From NCBI GenBank assembly GCA_040385065.1, contig JAZKIC010000027.1, positions 5,323-69,322 of the forward strand: a DNA stretch of 64,000 nt. The letters are read 5' to 3'. The DNA is from Pseudomonadota bacterium. GTDB taxonomy: Bacteria > Pseudomonadota > Gammaproteobacteria > Burkholderiales > Burkholderiaceae_C. The position numbers and the translations under genes were made by a program. The notes beneath the pieces were generated by a model that worked only from the letters and a program-made list of their open reading frames with translations, did no database searches and was not told the DNA's origin. How positions within the stretch are numbered: position 1 is the stretch's first letter; the number at the start of each line of letters is the position of its first letter. Positions 38,303 through 47,985 of the stretch are shown piece by piece.

Positions 38303-39680
38303 GGACCGGCTCCTCCACTTCGACGAATGCTGTTCTCACCAGGGCTGATGCGTTATCGACGCTGACGATGTGATTGAGCTTGAACTCAAAGACCTGGCCG
38401 CGCTCGAGTTCAGCGGGCGAAAACGGAAAGCCGTAGCTTGGCATTTCCTGCGCTTCCTCAACTGGCAAATGAAAGAACCAGGGGTTGCATGTCTTGGCGA
38501 TCTGCGTGGCGAGCTCTTGCGTGCGCGCGGTCGCAATGAACAGCAATCCGATCTCTCTGGGGAGGGGCGCGTCCTGTGGAACGGGCAAGCCACTCACCGC
38601 GTTCCAGCCGTAGGGGCGCAAGGAAATGTGATAACTGCCCGCAGCGTCGCCCATGGCTGCCCGGACTCGCTCGGTCAGCACGCCATGCATGCGGACAAGG
38701 AATGCATCAATGTTCTGCAAGACCTTGCGGTCCTGAATGCCCACCAGCATCAGCGTTTGCCATCCCCCGCGACCGGCCCCCTCGAGCTTCATCGTGTAGG
38801 GGCTTCGGGAAAAAGTCGAGCCGGTCACTCGCACCTTGCGCTCGTCTATCGCCTCGTAGTGGGCGTTCGTGACATCAAGCGTCCCGCCAGGCTCGTGCAA
38901 AAGAAACGGGTCGGAATTTTCATAGAGCATGTGCGCTGAGACCGTCTCGGGCGTGCAGCGGTTACCTGTCCGTAGCGGCTCGACTTCAAAATCCGAATCG
39001 CCTATATGGATCATGACGCCGCCGTCGCGCGAGCGGATCGTGCAAAGGGCTCCACACTCGGCAATCTTGGAGGCGTGCCACGCAGGCCCCTCACCCGCAC
39101 CGCGCATGAGCGCCACGGCAGCGAGCACCGCCGTGTCGGTTGTCCGTCCCCCGAGAACAATGTCTGCGCCTGACTTTAGAGCGGCAATATAGGGCTCTGG
39201 GCCCATCAACGCGACGATGTGGTCGCACGTCAGGAATGCTTGCGGGTCGGCTCCCTTCATGGGCGCCAATGGCGAGATACGCCCTTCCGCACAGAGCCTG
39301 GCCATGAGCTGCGGATCCTGCTCGGAGTAAAGCAGCGCGATGCGGGGCTTAAGACCCTCCTCTGCTGCTATTTCAAGCGCAATGTCCCGTGTCCAGTCCA
39401 GAGCCTGATCGCAGCCCGAGGTGCCACAGGACCCGACGAGAAGCGGGATACCCGCACGATGCTGCGCACGCATCAGTATGGCCAGATCGGCTTTTACCGC
39501 AGCCCGTGAGTACTTCGCCTTGCCGGTGGCCAGGTAGGCTGGTCCGCTGTCCGTGGAGCCGGCATCACAGGCAATCGCATGCGCCCCGATTGCCAGACCA
39601 CGCTCCACATCGGCTTCCTGTATTCCCAGACCGAGCGCCCCTATCGGGACGAGGATGCTGGTTCGATGCGTGTCTTTCAT
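38295..39680 (-). CDS. acyclic terpene utilisation AtuA-like (DUF1446) protein
   Basis: 461-aa ORF. N-terminal GAHAIACDAGSTDSGPAYLATG and the overall pattern of the AtuA family, followed by its DUF4387 partner. Confidence 0.75.
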   Translation of the reverse strand: MKDTHRTSILVPIGALGLGIQEADVERGLAIGAHAIACDAGSTDSGPAYLATGKAKYSRAAVKADLAILMRAQHRAGIPLLVGSCGTSGCDQALDWTRDIALEIAAEEGLKPRIALLYSEQDPQLMARLCAEGRISPLAPMKGADPQAFLTCDHIVALMGPEPYIAALKSGADIVLGGRTTDTAVLAAVALMRGAGEGPAWHASKIAECGALCTIRSRDGGVMIHIGDSDFEVEPLRTGNRCTPETVSAHMLYENSDPFLLHEPGGTLDVTNAHYEAIDERKVRVTGSTFSRSPYTMKLEGAGRGGWQTLMLVGIQDRKVLQNIDAFLVRMHGVLTERVRAAMGDAAGSYHISLRPYGWNAVSGLPVPQDAPLPREIGLLFIATARTQELATQIAKTCNPWFFHLPVEEAQEMPSYGFPFSPAELERGQVFEFKLNHIVSVDNASALVRTAFVEVEEPVHV

Positions 39681-39755
39681 GCTTTACTTTCTTGATGGAG
39701 CAACGGCATTGATGGAAGCACCCGGATGAAGTGCCGCCCAGGATTTCGCCAGCGT

Positions 39756-40712
39756 TCAGTCGGCGGTAATCTTGGCGACGCGGATGATCTCGGTCCAGCG
39801 CCGCGTGTCTTCGCGAATAACCTTTGCCATTTCTGCCGGGGGCATCCCGGAAGTCTCGACACCTTGCTGGTCCAGCGTCGGCTTCATTGCAGGGTCATCC
39901 AGCATCTTCAAGATGTTGCTGTGCAGGTAATCGATGACCGGCTTCGGCGTGTCTTTGGGAGCCATCAGCCCGAACCAGCTGTAGGTCGAGAAATTGATAC
40001 CCTGCTCGGTCAGCGTCGGGATGCCCGGCGCTGCAAACCAGCGCTTGTCAGCGGTGAGAGCAAGCGGTATGACCTTGCCGGCCTTGATCTGACCCAGCAC
40101 GGTCGGAACTCCCGTGGCCATGACGTCGAGTGAGCCGGAGAGCATGCCGGCCAGCGACTCGCCCATGCTCTTGTAGGGAATGTGGGTCATCTGGACATTC
40201 GCCTCACGCGAGACCATTTCCATCACCAGGTGGTTGATACTTCCGCCGCCTGCAGAGCCGAAGTTGACCTTGCCGGGGTTGGCCTTGGCGTACTTCAAAA
40301 GGTCGGCCAGCGTCTTGAACGGTGAGTTCGGAGGCACCACGAGCACGAAGGGCGTGCGTGCATAGATGGTCACGGGAACCAGGTCGTTCGCCGGATCCCA
40401 TGGCAGTTTTCCGTAAAGACCAGGCAAGACCGTGTACCCGGCATCCGTGGCAACCAGGGTGTGACCGTCGGCCGGGCTTTTGGCCACAGCCTCGTAGCCG
40501 ATACGGCCCGCTGCGCCCGTCTTGTTCTCGACGATGAAGGTCTTGCCTGTTCTCTCGGTCAGCTTGGACGCGAATAGCCGCTGCATGATGTCCCCGGAGC
40601 CGCCAACGGCGAAGGGATTGATGACCTTGACCACGCGATCCGGGTATTGGGCGGAAGCAGCGAATGCAATTAGACCCAGCATGAGGCTGGCCAGTGTTTT
40701 CTTCACGTTCAT
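39756..40712 (-). CDS. Bug-family tripartite tricarboxylate transporter substrate-binding protein (TctC-like)
   Basis: 318 aa from MNVKKTLASLMLGLIAFAASAQYPDRVVKVINPF, a classic Bug-family signal peptide and N-terminus. Confidence 0.85.
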   Translation of the reverse strand: MNVKKTLASLMLGLIAFAASAQYPDRVVKVINPFAVGGSGDIMQRLFASKLTERTGKTFIVENKTGAAGRIGYEAVAKSPADGHTLVATDAGYTVLPGLYGKLPWDPANDLVPVTIYARTPFVLVVPPNSPFKTLADLLKYAKANPGKVNFGSAGGGSINHLVMEMVSREANVQMTHIPYKSMGESLAGMLSGSLDVMATGVPTVLGQIKAGKVIPLALTADKRWFAAPGIPTLTEQGINFSTYSWFGLMAPKDTPKPVIDYLHSNILKMLDDPAMKPTLDQQGVETSGMPPAEMAKVIREDTRRWTEIIRVAKITAD

Positions 40713-40769
40713 GAAAGTCTCCTGATGGAATGAGGTGGGCCGGCCGACAACGTCGTCAACTTCCATTAA

Positions 40770-40779
40770 TTGTAGACAA
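40770..40779. promoter_or_regulatory. TTGTAGACAA, GntR-type (GT-N-AC) operator candidate, copy 1
   Basis: Exact 10-mer within the AT-rich AATTGTAGACAATT, between the lactonase stop and the tctC-like start. An identical 10-mer lies at 49133..49142 next to the gntR gene. Confidence 0.45.
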
Positions 40780-40788
40780 TTTATAAAA

Positions 40789-41802
40789 CTAGTCCACAAT
40801 AAAACCACTTTTAAGACCGGGTGGAAACCCTAGGGAGAGGTACTGCTTAATGCCGGGGTCCGGTTCGGGCGCGGGCCGGACACATCCGGCAACCGGAGAG
40901 CGGAAAGCCCAGAGACAGTCCCCGGACAGCGAACCCAAAAAGGCAGTTCTCATGTCGGGACCCCCGAACGCAAGGCTCGAAATGTTGTTGAGTTTTCGAC
41001 CGGTCGTGAGCCCGTGCAGGTCGGCTCGCCTGAGCCCCTGCGTCTGGAGTTTTTGCTCCAGGCGGGCGACCAGAGCAGCGTCGGTGTCGCTGAGCATGAG
41101 CGTGCGCCGCCCTTCGTGTATTCGGTAGACGCGGTTGGAAATGATGCTGACCACCCAAACGCCACCCTCGACATCAAGGGCGATTCCGTCGGGGTAGTCA
41201 CCCTCGCCAAATATGGCTAACACCTGTCGGTTCGACAGGCTGCCATCGTCAGCCAGATCAAATTGCAGCGTCCGCCGGCCAAAGGTTTCGTTGACATAGA
41301 GGCGCCGGCGGTCTGGCGAAATCGCCAGTTCATTGGTCCATCCGAGTCCGGACGCTACCTGCCGAAGCCCGCCCGAATCACACAGCCAGATGCTCCCCTC
41401 GGCCGCTTGGGTCGTGAAGAGTGGATCAGCCTCGCCAGAGCTGCTGATGCAGATCCACAGACGGCCCAGATCATCGACATGCACGAAATTGACCTCAGGC
41501 AGCGCTTGCCCGTCTATCGTCAGCGAAAGCTGAACAAAGGGCTGCCCTTCCCGCCAGTACCAGACGCCGCCCTCCGCACCCACGTTGGCCGCCAGCAGAC
41601 TGCCATCAGCCAGCCTCGCCAGCCCGTTAGGCACCAGGCCCTGGCGCAGTCCCAGCAAGCGTACGGCGCCATCCTTGAGGCGTGCAATTCCACCACGAGA
41701 GTCCGAGCACAGCAACGCGCCGTCGGGGCAGGCAATGACGCACTCGGGCCTGCTCAAGCCGGAGCCTACGGCGGTCAGTGTCTCCAGCGTTATGGGAACC
41801 AT
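40789..41802 (-). CDS. SMP-30/gluconolactonase/LRE family protein
   Basis: 337-aa ORF. Beta-propeller lactonase pattern LSRPECV...PNGLA...YPDGIALD. Confidence 0.8.
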   Translation of the reverse strand: MVPITLETLTAVGSGLSRPECVIACPDGALLCSDSRGGIARLKDGAVRLLGLRQGLVPNGLARLADGSLLAANVGAEGGVWYWREGQPFVQLSLTIDGQALPEVNFVHVDDLGRLWICISSSGEADPLFTTQAAEGSIWLCDSGGLRQVASGLGWTNELAISPDRRRLYVNETFGRRTLQFDLADDGSLSNRQVLAIFGEGDYPDGIALDVEGGVWVVSIISNRVYRIHEGRRTLMLSDTDAALVARLEQKLQTQGLRRADLHGLTTGRKLNNISSLAFGGPDMRTAFLGSLSGDCLWAFRSPVAGCVRPAPEPDPGIKQYLSLGFPPGLKSGFIVD

Positions 41803-42603
41803 TCAGGTGCCTCGCGTCTCGCCGCCATCGACCTCAAGGATCGAACCATTCACGAACGACGCTGCGGGAGACGCGAGAAAGCAAATAGTCGCAGCAACTT
41901 CCTCTGTGGTGCCAAAGCGCGTGATGCCACTCTTGGCGAGGAGGAGCGACTCGGCCTGCGCTCTGCCAATTGATTTTTCTTCCATTAGTGCATTGATCGC
42001 CGTATCAAGGCGGTCCGTCGCGATGTGCCCCGGGTTGACCGCATTGACGCGAACGCCGTCACGGGCGCCCTGATGCGCGAGCGCTTTGGTGAGGTGCAGC
42101 AGGGCTGAATTGACCGCGCCGCCCATGGCGTAGTCGATGACGGCCGTTCTGGACATGATGCCTATCGTGTTGACGATGCAGCCGCCGCTTGCCTTCAGGG
42201 CGGGCCAGCAGGTCTTGGAGAGTCGGCGGGCGCCATGGAATTTGAGCCCGAAGCCCTGCTCCCAGGCTTGGTCCGACAGCGCGAAAAAGTCCCCTGGCCT
42301 GGTGCTGCCCGCGTTATTGGACAAGATGTCGACGCGTCCATAAGCCTCCATTGCCGTGGCAAGAGCGCGCTCACAGGCGCCATCCGCCATCAGGTCTACC
42401 CCAAGCCACACCAGATCGGCGCCTGCTGAAGCACCCACCGCCAGCGCGGGGCCACTCACCGAGTCCGGCAGGCGGGTACGGGAGAGCGCCAGAACCTTGA
42501 CGCCCTGGCGCAGGAGTGCTGTCGTGACTGCCGCGCCAATGCCCTTGCTTGCCCCACTGACCACGGCGACTTTTCCCGCAAGACCCAAAAACGTATCACT
42601 CAT
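41803..42603 (-). CDS. SDR family oxidoreductase
   Basis: 266-aa ORF. VVSGASKGIGAA, NNAG, YAMGGAVNSA and PGHIATD motifs. Abuts the downstream gene with no gap. Confidence 0.85.
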   Translation of the reverse strand: MSDTFLGLAGKVAVVSGASKGIGAAVTTALLRQGVKVLALSRTRLPDSVSGPALAVGASAGADLVWLGVDLMADGACERALATAMEAYGRVDILSNNAGSTRPGDFFALSDQAWEQGFGLKFHGARRLSKTCWPALKASGGCIVNTIGIMSRTAVIDYAMGGAVNSALLHLTKALAHQGARDGVRVNAVNPGHIATDRLDTAINALMEEKSIGRAQAESLLLAKSGITRFGTTEEVAATICFLASPAASFVNGSILEVDGGETRGT

Positions 42604-43946
42604 TCTTTCCCTCTCAACATGCGGGTAAAGGCCGATATATCGCGCAGCGATTCAAACTCCGCGCAACCTGTCCTGATCTGCTCTGCCGAAGCGGCCAGAG
42701 ATGCGCCACGGGCGGCAGCGTGAAATTTGCGTTCGATATCCGCGAGGCCCACCGGATGACCCTGGCTTCCCAGACACGCGTCCACGTTGGCCGTCAGCTC
42801 CCGACCCGAGCTCAGCAACAGCGTCATCCGGGCTGCGTCGCGACTCAGGCCGTCATCTGCAATAAGCCTCACGCGGCCCATCAGTTCTTGCTGTCGTGGG
42901 TCAAGGATGAATTCCGGATCAAGACACCCGGTGCCCAGGCTGGACTGACTCAGCGCAGCAGCCACCCAGAACTGGATGCTCACACTCGCCTGCGCGGGGC
43001 TGTTCACCTGCGCGCGATCCCCGAGCGCGGTGCACGCCGAGTTAACGGCGACCGTGACGCTCTGAATCTCGGCTACCTCCCAGCTGTTCTGCGCACGCAG
43101 GGTCGACGCCGCATCAATCGCGGCGAACGCCACAACGCCGCAGGGGTAGGGTTTGAAGTTCAGCTCACTCACTGCATAGTTATGGCCCAGCCCTTCGGTG
43201 AGGTGGGGCAGGTAAGCTTCCTGAGAAAAGAGCGCCACGAAGCCGTACTCGTCCTCCAGGACGGACTGGCCCGCTCCGATTCCCTCAGCCGCCAGCAAAG
43301 CCGCGCGAACGCCATTTGAAGCCGCCTGCGAAACGGCGGTTGTCACGGCCGGCGTTCCGTTCATGGCACGAAGACCCGCTGCCGCGTTAGCCCCCAGCCC
43401 CATCGCATGAACTGTCGTTCTGGAATCAAGCTGCAGGACACGCGCGACGCCAGCAGCAGCGCCCATTGCGCCACATACGCCCGACTGCGACCATCCCACA
43501 TGACCTCGCGCCGGCGGCGCTGAAATCGCCAGGCTCGCGCGACTCGCCACCTCAATGCCTGCGATAAGACCCGCCAGAACCAGCTCACCGCTCGCATGCC
43601 TTTCTTCACCTATTGCCAAGACTGCGGATGCGACCGGGCCGACCGGGTGCACCACCGTGCGAGCATGTGTCTCGTCAAAAGTCTGAACGGTAGAAGCCAG
43701 GCAGTTCAGGAAAGACGCTGTGATGGCGTCACAGGGCCACTGCCGCGAGACGAGCGTAACGTCGCCTTTGCCCGCATACGGAAGCAGCGCCCTGCGCGCG
43801 CGCTCGACCACGTCTTCATGAGCGCCGGAGATGGCGCAGGCGAGGTAATTCAGCAGCGCAGACCGCGCCTGAACGATCACTGGCGCAGGCAGCTGGTCAA
43901 AGCGCAGGCCGCTGGCAAATTCGGCCAGCTGCAAAGATTCGGACAT
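42600..43946 (-). CDS. MmgE/PrpD family protein
   Basis: 448-aa ORF. N-terminus FASGLRFDQLPAPVIVQARSALLNYLACAISG and overall PrpD-like pattern. 4-nt overlap with the downstream SDR. Confidence 0.85.
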   Translation of the reverse strand: MSESLQLAEFASGLRFDQLPAPVIVQARSALLNYLACAISGAHEDVVERARRALLPYAGKGDVTLVSRQWPCDAITASFLNCLASTVQTFDETHARTVVHPVGPVASAVLAIGEERHASGELVLAGLIAGIEVASRASLAISAPPARGHVGWSQSGVCGAMGAAAGVARVLQLDSRTTVHAMGLGANAAAGLRAMNGTPAVTTAVSQAASNGVRAALLAAEGIGAGQSVLEDEYGFVALFSQEAYLPHLTEGLGHNYAVSELNFKPYPCGVVAFAAIDAASTLRAQNSWEVAEIQSVTVAVNSACTALGDRAQVNSPAQASVSIQFWVAAALSQSSLGTGCLDPEFILDPRQQELMGRVRLIADDGLSRDAARMTLLLSSGRELTANVDACLGSQGHPVGLADIERKFHAAARGASLAASAEQIRTGCAEFESLRDISAFTRMLRGKE

Positions 43947-43970
43947 GGTCGCCTTGCGGTAATGACGACT

Positions 43971-44648
43971 TCAGTCGCCCTGTCTTGCGACGTTCTTCCT
44001 GAAGAAATCGATCGTGCGCCGCAATGCCAGGGCATTGCTTTCTGAGTGGAAAGAAGGCCTCTCATCGCAGCCGAATCCGTGCTCCGCGCCGTCGTAGACA
44101 AATATCTCCGCAGCCGGTTGCGCCGCTCGGATACCGTCCACAGACGTGAGCGGGATGTGGGAATCATTGCTACCAAAGTGCATTTGAACCGGGGCATTGG
44201 GTCTTGACTCACGCTCTTCGGCGATGCCTCCGCCGTACCAGCAACTCGCCGCAGCAAATCGACTCGACTCGGTGACCGCCCACCAGGCAACGGTACCGCC
44301 GAAGCAATAGCCAACTATTCCCACGCTTGAATCACCGGTGGCATCTGCAGCAGCTACGACGTCTCTAACGACATCTTCCTTTCGCAGAACCTTGCGAATC
44401 TCCTGGTACTTTGCCACGCCTTCGGGTGTGTAAGGCAACACAAGATCGCGACTGACGCGGTCGAACACCTGCGGAGCGATAGCGTTTATTCCGTTCTCTG
44501 CGAAACGGTCGCACACCCGCTGAATGTGCGTGTTGACCCCAAATGCTTCCTGAACCACCACGATCGTTCGGTCATTACCGGGCTTCGTCGCCAGATAAGC
44601 CTTGAACTCGTGTTGATCATTCGCAGTAACGTCGATAAATTTTCCCAT
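43971..44648 (-). CDS. dienelactone hydrolase family protein
   Basis: 225 aa from MGKFIDVT. Nucleophile elbow GIVGYCFGG, and C-terminal YDGAEHGF. Confidence 0.8.
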   Translation of the reverse strand: MGKFIDVTANDQHEFKAYLATKPGNDRTIVVVQEAFGVNTHIQRVCDRFAENGINAIAPQVFDRVSRDLVLPYTPEGVAKYQEIRKVLRKEDVVRDVVAAADATGDSSVGIVGYCFGGTVAWWAVTESSRFAAASCWYGGGIAEERESRPNAPVQMHFGSNDSHIPLTSVDGIRAAQPAAEIFVYDGAEHGFGCDERPSFHSESNALALRRTIDFFRKNVARQGD

Positions 44649-44658
44649 TCTGGTTCCC

Positions 44659-45441
44659 TTAAGCAGTAAGACCGCCATCGACCGGAAGCGCAACGCCAGT
44701 GACGTAGGACGCCTCGTCCGAAAGCAAAAAGAGTGCGACGTTTGCGACCTCTTCGGGTCGCGCGGGTCTGCCCATCGGGCCTTGCGCGGCGCGCTGTGCC
44801 ACAAGCGCCTCAAGATCCTTGTCGGAGCCCTCTTGCTGGCCCGGGCGTCGTACAAAGCTGCGAAGCATGGGTGTGTCGGTTACGCCCGGACAAATAACGT
44901 TGACCCGAATGCCTTCGCCCGCATGCGCGCGCGCCAGTGAACGAGCCAGGCCGATCACGCCGAACTTCGCAGCCGAATAAACCGGGCTGTATTTCGATCC
45001 GACGAGGCCCGAGGTGGATGCCGTAAAAAGAATGGCACCGCCGCCCTGGGCGTTCATGACCTTGAGCGCCTCTGCCGTCGTGAACATCACGCTGCGCACG
45101 TTCAGGTTCAAGGCGAAGTCGACATCCGCCGTGGTGGCATCGGTAAGCCCGAGCGGGCCGGGGTGCCCTGCGTGGTTCCACACAAAATCCAGCCGCCCAA
45201 AGGTCTCGACTGTTTTAGCGACGATCTGCCTGGAGAACTCCTCGGAGGTCAAATCCCCGACACACGCTACAGCCTGTCCTCCCATTGCCCGGATATCCGC
45301 CGCAGTCTTCTCCGCTGCTGCGCCATTGATGTCCACTACCAGCACCGAGGCGCCCTGCTCCGCAAAAAGCTTCGCGCCCGCCTCCCCCATGCCCGAACCC
45401 GCAGCCGTAATCAGGCCAGCCTTCCCATTCATTCGCTTCAC
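44659..45441 (-). CDS. SDR family oxidoreductase
   Basis: 260-aa ORF. ITAAGSGMGEA, NHAG, YSAAKFG and PGVTDTPM motifs. Confidence 0.85.
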   Translation of the reverse strand: MKRMNGKAGLITAAGSGMGEAGAKLFAEQGASVLVVDINGAAAEKTAADIRAMGGQAVACVGDLTSEEFSRQIVAKTVETFGRLDFVWNHAGHPGPLGLTDATTADVDFALNLNVRSVMFTTAEALKVMNAQGGGAILFTASTSGLVGSKYSPVYSAAKFGVIGLARSLARAHAGEGIRVNVICPGVTDTPMLRSFVRRPGQQEGSDKDLEALVAQRAAQGPMGRPARPEEVANVALFLLSDEASYVTGVALPVDGGLTA

Positions 45442-46253
45442 GATTTATCTCCAGATGTAGTTGCAGGCTTGAGGCCCGGTTGAGGCAGGGTCGTCATCAT
45501 CATCACATGAAGTCCACCCGTCGCCATCAGCTCAGCCCCGGTGACGTATCCTGATCGGTCGCTTGCAAGGAAGGCGACGATGTTGGCAATGTCTTCGGGT
45601 GTTCCCAGACGCTTTATCGCAGTCATGGAAGCGCGGCGAGCCAGGATTTCCGGATCGGCGTTGAGCTTTGCAGTCATCGGCGTCACGACGGGCCCCGGAT
45701 TGACTACATTGCTGCGGATCCCCTTTCCGCCCCACTCGACAGCCATCTGGCGTGACAGAGCCACCACTGCAGCCTTACAGGCGCTGTAGTCGAGTCCATT
45801 GGGCTGCGGGAGTTCGGCCGCGATAGAGCCCACATGCACGATGGAGCCGCCGCCACCTTCCATCATGGGAACTGCAAACGATCTTGCGCACAGGTAATAG
45901 CCGGTCAAGTTGGTTGAGACGTTGCGCTCCCAATCGGACAATGGCGCGTCAATCAATGCCCTGGGTTGAATGACCGCTGCGTTGTTCACCAGAATGTCGC
46001 ACCGCCCAAAGGCCTTGATGACCGAATCGCGGGCAGCAAGCACGGAAGGCTCACTGGCTATGTCGCAAACAATGCCGATTGCGCCGCGTCCGATCTCTGC
46101 GGCAAAGGCCGTCAGCGTCTCCTGGTCCCGGTCGAGAATCGCGACCTGCGCGCCAGCATCCGCGAAGCTCGACACGATAGCCCGGCCAATGCCACCTGTG
46201 CCGCCGGTGACCACACATACTTTGCCCTCAAGACGGAGCCACTCGCTGTTCAT
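45438..46253 (-). CDS. SDR family oxidoreductase
   Basis: 271-aa ORF. VTGGTGGIGRA, NNAA, YSACKAA and PGPVVTPM motifs. 4-nt overlaps on both sides. Confidence 0.85.
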   Translation of the reverse strand: MNSEWLRLEGKVCVVTGGTGGIGRAIVSSFADAGAQVAILDRDQETLTAFAAEIGRGAIGIVCDIASEPSVLAARDSVIKAFGRCDILVNNAAVIQPRALIDAPLSDWERNVSTNLTGYYLCARSFAVPMMEGGGGSIVHVGSIAAELPQPNGLDYSACKAAVVALSRQMAVEWGGKGIRSNVVNPGPVVTPMTAKLNADPEILARRASMTAIKRLGTPEDIANIVAFLASDRSGYVTGAELMATGGLHVMMMTTLPQPGLKPATTSGDKS

Positions 46254-47980
46254 GCTGTTTCCTTGTCGCCGGTCTCGGCGGCGCTGAGTTCCGGAAAGTC
46301 CTGCTCCCAGTACTCGTGGTGTCCACGCTGCCCGGCTGCAATCTTTTCGTTCTCCAACTTGCGAAGCTGGTTGCGTTGGATCTTGCCCGAGATGGTCTTA
46401 GGCAGGTCCGAGAATTCGATCCTGCGAATACGTTTGTAGGGGGCCAAATTCTCGCGCGCGAATTTCAGGATTCCGCGTGCGGTTGCAGCATCCGGCGTCA
46501 CGCCCGCCCTGAGCACCACAATGGCCTTGGGAACGGTCAATCGGCGCGGGTCCGGACTGGGAATAACAGCAGCTTCGGCCACGTCCGGGTGCTCGATCAA
46601 CACAGACTCCAGCTCAAAAGGGCTCAGCCGGTAATCCGATGACTTGAATACATCATCAGCCCTGCCGACGTAGGTGATGTAGCCGTCTGAGTCACGCTGA
46701 GCGACGTCACCGGTATGGTAATAACCGCCGCGCATGGCTTCGGCCGTCTTCGCGTCGTCGCCGAAATAACAATCCATGAGTCCGGTCGGGCGCCTCGATA
46801 GATCGATGCAGACTTCACCTTCTTCGGATGATTTTCCTTCGGTGTCGAGCAGGACGATGGGGTAGCCAGGCATGGGTTTACCCATGCTTCCGGCTTTCAC
46901 GGGGACGCCTGGCGGATTGCCGATCTGGCATGTGGTTTCGGTCTGCCCGAAACCGTCGCGAATTGTCAGACCCCAGGCTTTTTGCACCTGATCGATCACC
47001 TCTGGATTCAGAGGTTCGCCCGCACCGATGACCTCACGCAACTTGACAGGCCACGCGGACAGATCCTCTTGAATGAGCATGCGCCACACGGTAGGCGGGG
47101 CACACAGGGAACTGATCCCGCGCTCCACGAGCAGCTTCAGCAGGTCGGTGGCGCGAAAGCGGGCGTAGTTATAGACGAAGATGCAGGCGCCGGCATTCCA
47201 CGGCGCAAAGAAGCTGCTCCAAGCATGCTTGCCCCACCCGGGCGAAGAGATGTTCATGTGCACGTCATCCGGCCGAAGGCCGATCCAGTACATCGTGGAC
47301 AGATGTCCAACCGGGTAGCTCTGGTGGGTATGCAGAACCAGCTTGGGCTTGGATGTGGTCCCGGAAGTAAAGTACAGGAGAAGTGGATCCGTCGCCAGCG
47401 TTGGGGCGTCCGGTGTAAATGTGTTCGATGCCTTGGAAGAGTCGCTGAAGGCGTGCCAGCCGGAAGCCTGTCCCACAACAATCCGCGTGAACGTTCCACC
47501 GACCTGCTCCAGCTTGGCGGTGGATTCCGGGGCACAGATGACGTGCCGCACATGCCCGCGCTCCACCCGATCTTGCAGGTCGGCGCGATCCAGCAATGTC
47601 GTGGTGGGGATCAGCACGGCACCGATCTTCATGAGGCCGAGCATGGACTCCCACATCTCGATCTGATTGCCAAGCATGAGAAGTATACGATCGCCCCGTC
47701 GGACGCTTTTTTCACCCAGCCAGTTGGCGACCTGATTGGATCGGGCGGCCATTTGCGCGAATGTCACCGACTCTTCCGAACCGTCCTCCTGAACGATCCG
47801 AATGGCTGGTCGGTCGTTTCCTTTGGCCAGCACGTCGAAGTGATCCAGCGCCCAGTTGAAATTTTTTAGTTCCGGCCAGCGAAAGCCTGAAATGACGGCC
47901 TCGTAATCGGTTCTGTTGTGCAACAGGAAATCACGAGCCTGCAGAAAATGCCCCGTGGCTTCGGTCATCTGGTTTCCCAT
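46250..47980 (-). CDS. AMP-dependent acyl-CoA synthetase/ligase
   Basis: 576 aa from MGNQMTEA. AMP-binding motifs LYFTSGTTSKPK, GQTE, YHTGD, GRADDVFKSSDYRLSP, PKTISGKIQR. The upstream 49 codons of the ORF are Arg-rich and run into the tauD-like gene. Confidence 0.85.
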   Translation of the reverse strand: MGNQMTEATGHFLQARDFLLHNRTDYEAVISGFRWPELKNFNWALDHFDVLAKGNDRPAIRIVQEDGSEESVTFAQMAARSNQVANWLGEKSVRRGDRILLMLGNQIEMWESMLGLMKIGAVLIPTTTLLDRADLQDRVERGHVRHVICAPESTAKLEQVGGTFTRIVVGQASGWHAFSDSSKASNTFTPDAPTLATDPLLLYFTSGTTSKPKLVLHTHQSYPVGHLSTMYWIGLRPDDVHMNISSPGWGKHAWSSFFAPWNAGACIFVYNYARFRATDLLKLLVERGISSLCAPPTVWRMLIQEDLSAWPVKLREVIGAGEPLNPEVIDQVQKAWGLTIRDGFGQTETTCQIGNPPGVPVKAGSMGKPMPGYPIVLLDTEGKSSEEGEVCIDLSRRPTGLMDCYFGDDAKTAEAMRGGYYHTGDVAQRDSDGYITYVGRADDVFKSSDYRLSPFELESVLIEHPDVAEAAVIPSPDPRRLTVPKAIVVLRAGVTPDAATARGILKFARENLAPYKRIRRIEFSDLPKTISGKIQRNQLRKLENEKIAAGQRGHHEYWEQDFPELSAAETGDKETA

Positions 47981-47985
47981 CTTTT